Part shown: positions 60,743 through 64,000 of the stretch, piece by piece
Layout: every line of letters starts with the position of its first letter
Position numbering within the stretch: position 1 is the stretch's first letter
Assembly: GCA_902554325.1 (NCBI GenBank)
Contig: CACDOH010000001.1
Span: 68,135 to 132,134 of the forward strand
DNA from: an uncultured Pelagibacteraceae bacterium
GTDB lineage: Bacteria > Pseudomonadota > Alphaproteobacteria > Pelagibacterales > AG-422-B15
DNA length: 64,000 bases
Direction: 5' to 3'
Notes under the pieces: generated by a model
The model's input: the letters and a program-made list of their open reading frames with translations, nothing else
What the model was told of the DNA's origin: nothing
The model's database searches: none
Translations under genes and position numbers: made by a program

Positions 60743-62611
60743 TTATAATGATAATCTTGATGATATTTTATTTTCATCCTCGTACTCTTTGCTTAAAAAA
60801 TTATAAATATTCGAAGAACCAATTAAATAATCGTGTGTTCCTGAACTTTCAATTTTCCCATTGTGCATAACAATGATTTGATCAAAATTCTTTATATTTT
60901 CTATTTTATGTGTGATAAAAATTATGCTTCTTTTTCTATTTAAAAATAACTTATTTAGTATCTCTTTTTCGTTTTGATTATCTAGGGAGCTCGTAGCTTC
61001 ATCAAGAACAAGTATTTCGGGGTCAAGAAGAATTGCTCTTGCAATTGCAAGCCGTTGTAATTGTCCTACAGATAATTTAATTCCATTTTCACCAATTCTG
61101 GTATGCTCTTTATTTTCACTGTCATTTATAAAATTTCCACTATTAGATAGATTTACTGCCTCATCAAATTGTGCTTGAGAAAAATCATCCCTGAATAAAG
61201 TAATATTATTATAGATTGTGTCATCAAAGAAAAGATTCTTTTGAGTGACTACACCAAACAGTTTTCTATAAGACTTATCTTCATAATCTTGTAAATTATT
61301 ACCATTTAATTTAATTGTACCTTTAAATTCATCGTGATTTTTAATAAGCAAATCAATAAGAGTAGATTTACCACTCCCACTCAGACCTACAATAGCAACT
61401 TTCTTTAAATCTAAATTAATTGCAATATTAATATCTTTTAAAATCTTTTTATCTCCATATGAAAATTCCAAGTTCTCGATTTTAAAATCTTTAATAGAGC
61501 CTAACCTTAAGCCTTTTTCTGGTTTATTAATGTTTGATTGAATTAAAAATGTCTTAAAAATAGCATCGTATGATGAATTAATTTTTGTTAACTGAGTAAA
61601 AATTTTACTAAAATTATTCAACGGATTTAGAAATATTTTACCTACAACTACATACATCACTGCACCTTGTGGACTAATAGAGCCATTAAAAATAGCTAAA
61701 GAAGATGCAGCAACAATAATAATAAGTGATAAATTATCTATAAATCCTTTCAATGGACTTTCTATGCTACTTATGAAGTTAAATTTTCTATCGGCATTTT
61801 TATAATTATCTATATTTGTCTTTATTTTATGCAAAAATTTCTGTTTTATGCCATAGGTAAAAATAATTTTTATATTTGAAAATATTTCATAAAATTTACT
61901 ACTTAATTCTGCATTAGAAGTGAATATTGCTTTGTTGGTTGCTTTAATAGGCCTAATGAGAATTGCTGTAGCAATATAGTATATTAAACCAATTAATATA
62001 CACACCAAACTTATATACAAACTTGTATTAACTAGATATAGAAAGTAAAAAATTAATAAAAAAGTATTTTTTAACGCTTCGCTCGAAACGTGGCCTATAC
62101 CATAGGCTGTAATATTCGCATCGTTTAATACTCGAGCTACTGAATCCCCAGATGATTTGTTATTAAAAAAATTAAGATTGAATGAAAAATATTTATTAAA
62201 TAAATTATATCTGATCTTTGAAGATAATTCTGTCGTATATAAAATTTTAAAAATACCAGCAATATAATCAAATAAATTAGACAGGAACACAAGTAATAAA
62301 AAAAGTCCAAGAAATAAAACTACGGTATTTTCAATAGGCAAAGCTTCTAAATAAAATATGCTATTTAAATAATCTAATACTATCAATCCTGCATTATTTA
62401 AATCAAAAATATTTCCATTATTATTTTGACTTGTAGAAAAATCGTTAAATGAAAAGTTGGAGTAATCAATAAATAAGGTTATTACTGTTGCTAATATAGC
62501 TGGCTGTAGAACAGCAAAAATAGATGATACTATTTGAATACCACTTATTAACGCGATATATTTTTTATAAGGCCAGAAATATTTTTTAATAAGGTCTTTT
62601 AATTTTTCCAT
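60743..62611 (-). CDS. ABC exporter, TMD-NBD fusion (MsbA/PglK-like flippase)
   Basis: TM domain; Walker A GLSGSGKS, signature LSVGQ, Walker B VLDEATSSLD, H-loop ITH. Confidence 0.92.
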   Translation of the reverse strand: MEKLKDLIKKYFWPYKKYIALISGIQIVSSIFAVLQPAILATVITLFIDYSNFSFNDFSTSQNNNGNIFDLNNAGLIVLDYLNSIFYLEALPIENTVVLFLGLFLLLVFLSNLFDYIAGIFKILYTTELSSKIRYNLFNKYFSFNLNFFNNKSSGDSVARVLNDANITAYGIGHVSSEALKNTFLLIFYFLYLVNTSLYISLVCILIGLIYYIATAILIRPIKATNKAIFTSNAELSSKFYEIFSNIKIIFTYGIKQKFLHKIKTNIDNYKNADRKFNFISSIESPLKGFIDNLSLIIIVAASSLAIFNGSISPQGAVMYVVVGKIFLNPLNNFSKIFTQLTKINSSYDAIFKTFLIQSNINKPEKGLRLGSIKDFKIENLEFSYGDKKILKDINIAINLDLKKVAIVGLSGSGKSTLIDLLIKNHDEFKGTIKLNGNNLQDYEDKSYRKLFGVVTQKNLFFDDTIYNNITLFRDDFSQAQFDEAVNLSNSGNFINDSENKEHTRIGENGIKLSVGQLQRLAIARAILLDPEILVLDEATSSLDNQNEKEILNKLFLNRKRSIIFITHKIENIKNFDQIIVMHNGKIESSGTHDYLIGSSNIYNFLSKEYEDENKISSRLSL

Positions 62612-62629
62612 AAACTACATACAAGATAT

Positions 62630-63460
62630 CTATGTGCTTTTTACAAAATATTTTTTATAATCTTTGTCGGGGTTAAAGCCAAAATCGGAACGTGGCAAGT
62701 TTTTGCCAGGTCTATAATAATTTGTAATAGAATGTCTATCTCCATCTTCAGCTGGAGATATACCGCAGTGAACACCCCAGGTGTCAAATAATATAAGAGC
62801 ACCCTTATTTGCAGTTATTTTTACCCAATTATTAATTAAGGGACCCAGTTCATTTCTAGTAAAATTAGTTGGATGAGGCTTAAAAGTATTATCAAAATCA
62901 TCTCCTACACTTGGCCCCCAATCAAATTCTTTTTTTCTTCTTAATTCAGTGTCTTTATGAGTACCAATAATATATGAATTAGGCCCATCATTAGAATTAA
63001 CATCATTTAAATACATCATTGCCTTGAACGTTGATGTTTCAAAAGTGTCAATATGGAATCCTCTTACTGGTATATGATAAAATTGATGTCTTTCATAAAC
63101 CTGAACATGGACTGAATATTCATTATTATTATTGTAGTATGCTTTTGCAATATTTTTTAAAAATTCGTCATTCTTAAGTATTGCTGCTTCATAATTAAAG
63201 CAATCAACATGGAAAACTCTTTTGTTTGCCGCTGCGCCTGTATTCTTATACACGTCAAATCTTCTGTAAGATCCATCTGGATAGTTTAGGTCCTCATCAA
63301 CTTCAGCTCTTTCAATGCATGATCGTCTAATCGAATCACACTTTTCTTGATCATAATAGTTCTCAATGAGACAAATTCCATTATCTCTCAAACATCCCAA
63401 AATTTTTTTTGTATCTTTTGGCTGTGTAATGGTATTTATTAGTTGATGGTTTTTACTCAT
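62630..63460 (-). CDS. PhyH-family 2-oxoglutarate/Fe(II) dioxygenase (start moved to ATG 63460)
   Basis: G...IEN, FHID (HxD), YLNDV...GP, GTHK, G.L..FDT...H.G, R; TAATG overlap with the upstream stop. Confidence 0.82.
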   Translation of the reverse strand: MSKNHQLINTITQPKDTKKILGCLRDNGICLIENYYDQEKCDSIRRSCIERAEVDEDLNYPDGSYRRFDVYKNTGAAANKRVFHVDCFNYEAAILKNDEFLKNIAKAYYNNNNEYSVHVQVYERHQFYHIPVRGFHIDTFETSTFKAMMYLNDVNSNDGPNSYIIGTHKDTELRRKKEFDWGPSVGDDFDNTFKPHPTNFTRNELGPLINNWVKITANKGALILFDTWGVHCGISPAEDGDRHSITNYYRPGKNLPRSDFGFNPDKDYKKYFVKST

Positions 63461-64000
63461 TACTGGGTCTCCCACAGTGCTTCAGCTATCTTAAAATCAT
63501 CTTCAGTATCAACATCTAATAATTCAATTTTGTTTGATACCTCATAAAATTGCACTTCTTCCCAGTCCCAATATCTTCCGTTTTCAAAAAAGTATTTCTT
63601 TTCAAAGAAATACATTGCATTGGCGAATTCATAAATTGGTTTTGTTTTTTTTGTATTAAGTGTTTTTAAATTTAAAGAAAAGTTAATCGGTAATTTGTCT
63701 TTATTAAAAAAATAATTATTTTTTTTAGAAATTACAGTTGCAGGTTTAAAGTTATTTTTTTTTATAAAATCTAAAAATTTTTTTATTGTACTAATCTTTA
63801 AATGTGGAAGGCACCCATTAATTAATAATAAATAATCATAATCAACTTCTTTTATAAAAGAAATACACTCGGTAATTGGGCCATCAATCTTTGTAGATTT
63901 TTCTGACCTTCTAATAAATTTAACATTTTTTTTAATGCATTTTTCACGAAATACATCCTCAAAGCCTCCAAAAAAACTTTGATCATTAAAATTCGATAAT
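63460..64000 (-). CDS. 3' part of an acylneuraminate cytidylyltransferase family protein (NeuA-like; truncated by window edge)
   Basis: Hand translation ...FIRRSEKS...LINGCLPHLK...LNTKKTKPIYE...ELLDVDTEDDFKIAEALWETQ*. Confidence 0.8.
   Translation of the reverse strand, partial: LSNFNDQSFFGGFEDVFREKCIKKNVKFIRRSEKSTKIDGPITECISFIKEVDYDYLLLINGCLPHLKISTIKKFLDFIKKNNFKPATVISKKNNYFFNKDKLPINFSLNLKTLNTKKTKPIYEFANAMYFFEKKYFFENGRYWDWEEVQFYEVSNKIELLDVDTEDDFKIAEALWETQ

Noticed and set aside
37634..64000. A/T homopolymer runs in glycan genes as phase-variation tracts
   Set aside because: All ORFs are in frame, similar runs occur in core genes, and no long G/C tracts were seen.

Overview
A gene-dense, AT-rich chromosomal segment from a streamlined alphaproteobacterium. 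Gene order and composition suggest a SAR11/HIMB59-like marine lineage, which is an inference. About 1-37.6 kb is core genome: rpoH, purA, then the minus-strand block zapA-ygfA-ymdB-yebC-[X]-tolQRAB-pal-cpoB-tilS-ftsH-folP-glmM, followed by tkt-gap-pgk-fba-efp-suhB, rpmE, ibpA with a ROSE thermometer, trcR, purEK, rpsU, pntAB, rpmJ, tRNA-Val(GAC), hisN, alkA and trhO. From about 37.6 kb to the end is a large, more AT-rich surface-glycan locus that runs off the window. It holds a ligase, ugd, PglF/PglC/PglA-like initiation genes, several GT4 glycosyltransferases, a Wzy-like polymerase, an ABC flippase, two gmd genes, an RmlC-like epimerase, DegT, three methyltransferases, a deacetylase, a PhyH oxygenase and a cytidylyltransferase. 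The most notable observation is that the slot normally holding ruvC-ruvA-ruvB-ybgC (X above) contains one 127-aa archaeal/phage-type Hjc-like PD-(D/E)XK nuclease. Also notable: there is no room for 6S RNA at its usual site, rpsU has no canonical start codon (apparent ATA start), and an unannotated 44-aa very basic ORF is translationally coupled to rpmJ. I added several genes missing from the ORF track by hand translation (rpsU, rpmJ, ctaH, the basic ORF, tRNA-Val and two edge-truncated genes). I saw no CRISPR array, IS element, integrase or rRNA. All family calls come from motif recognition, not database searches.
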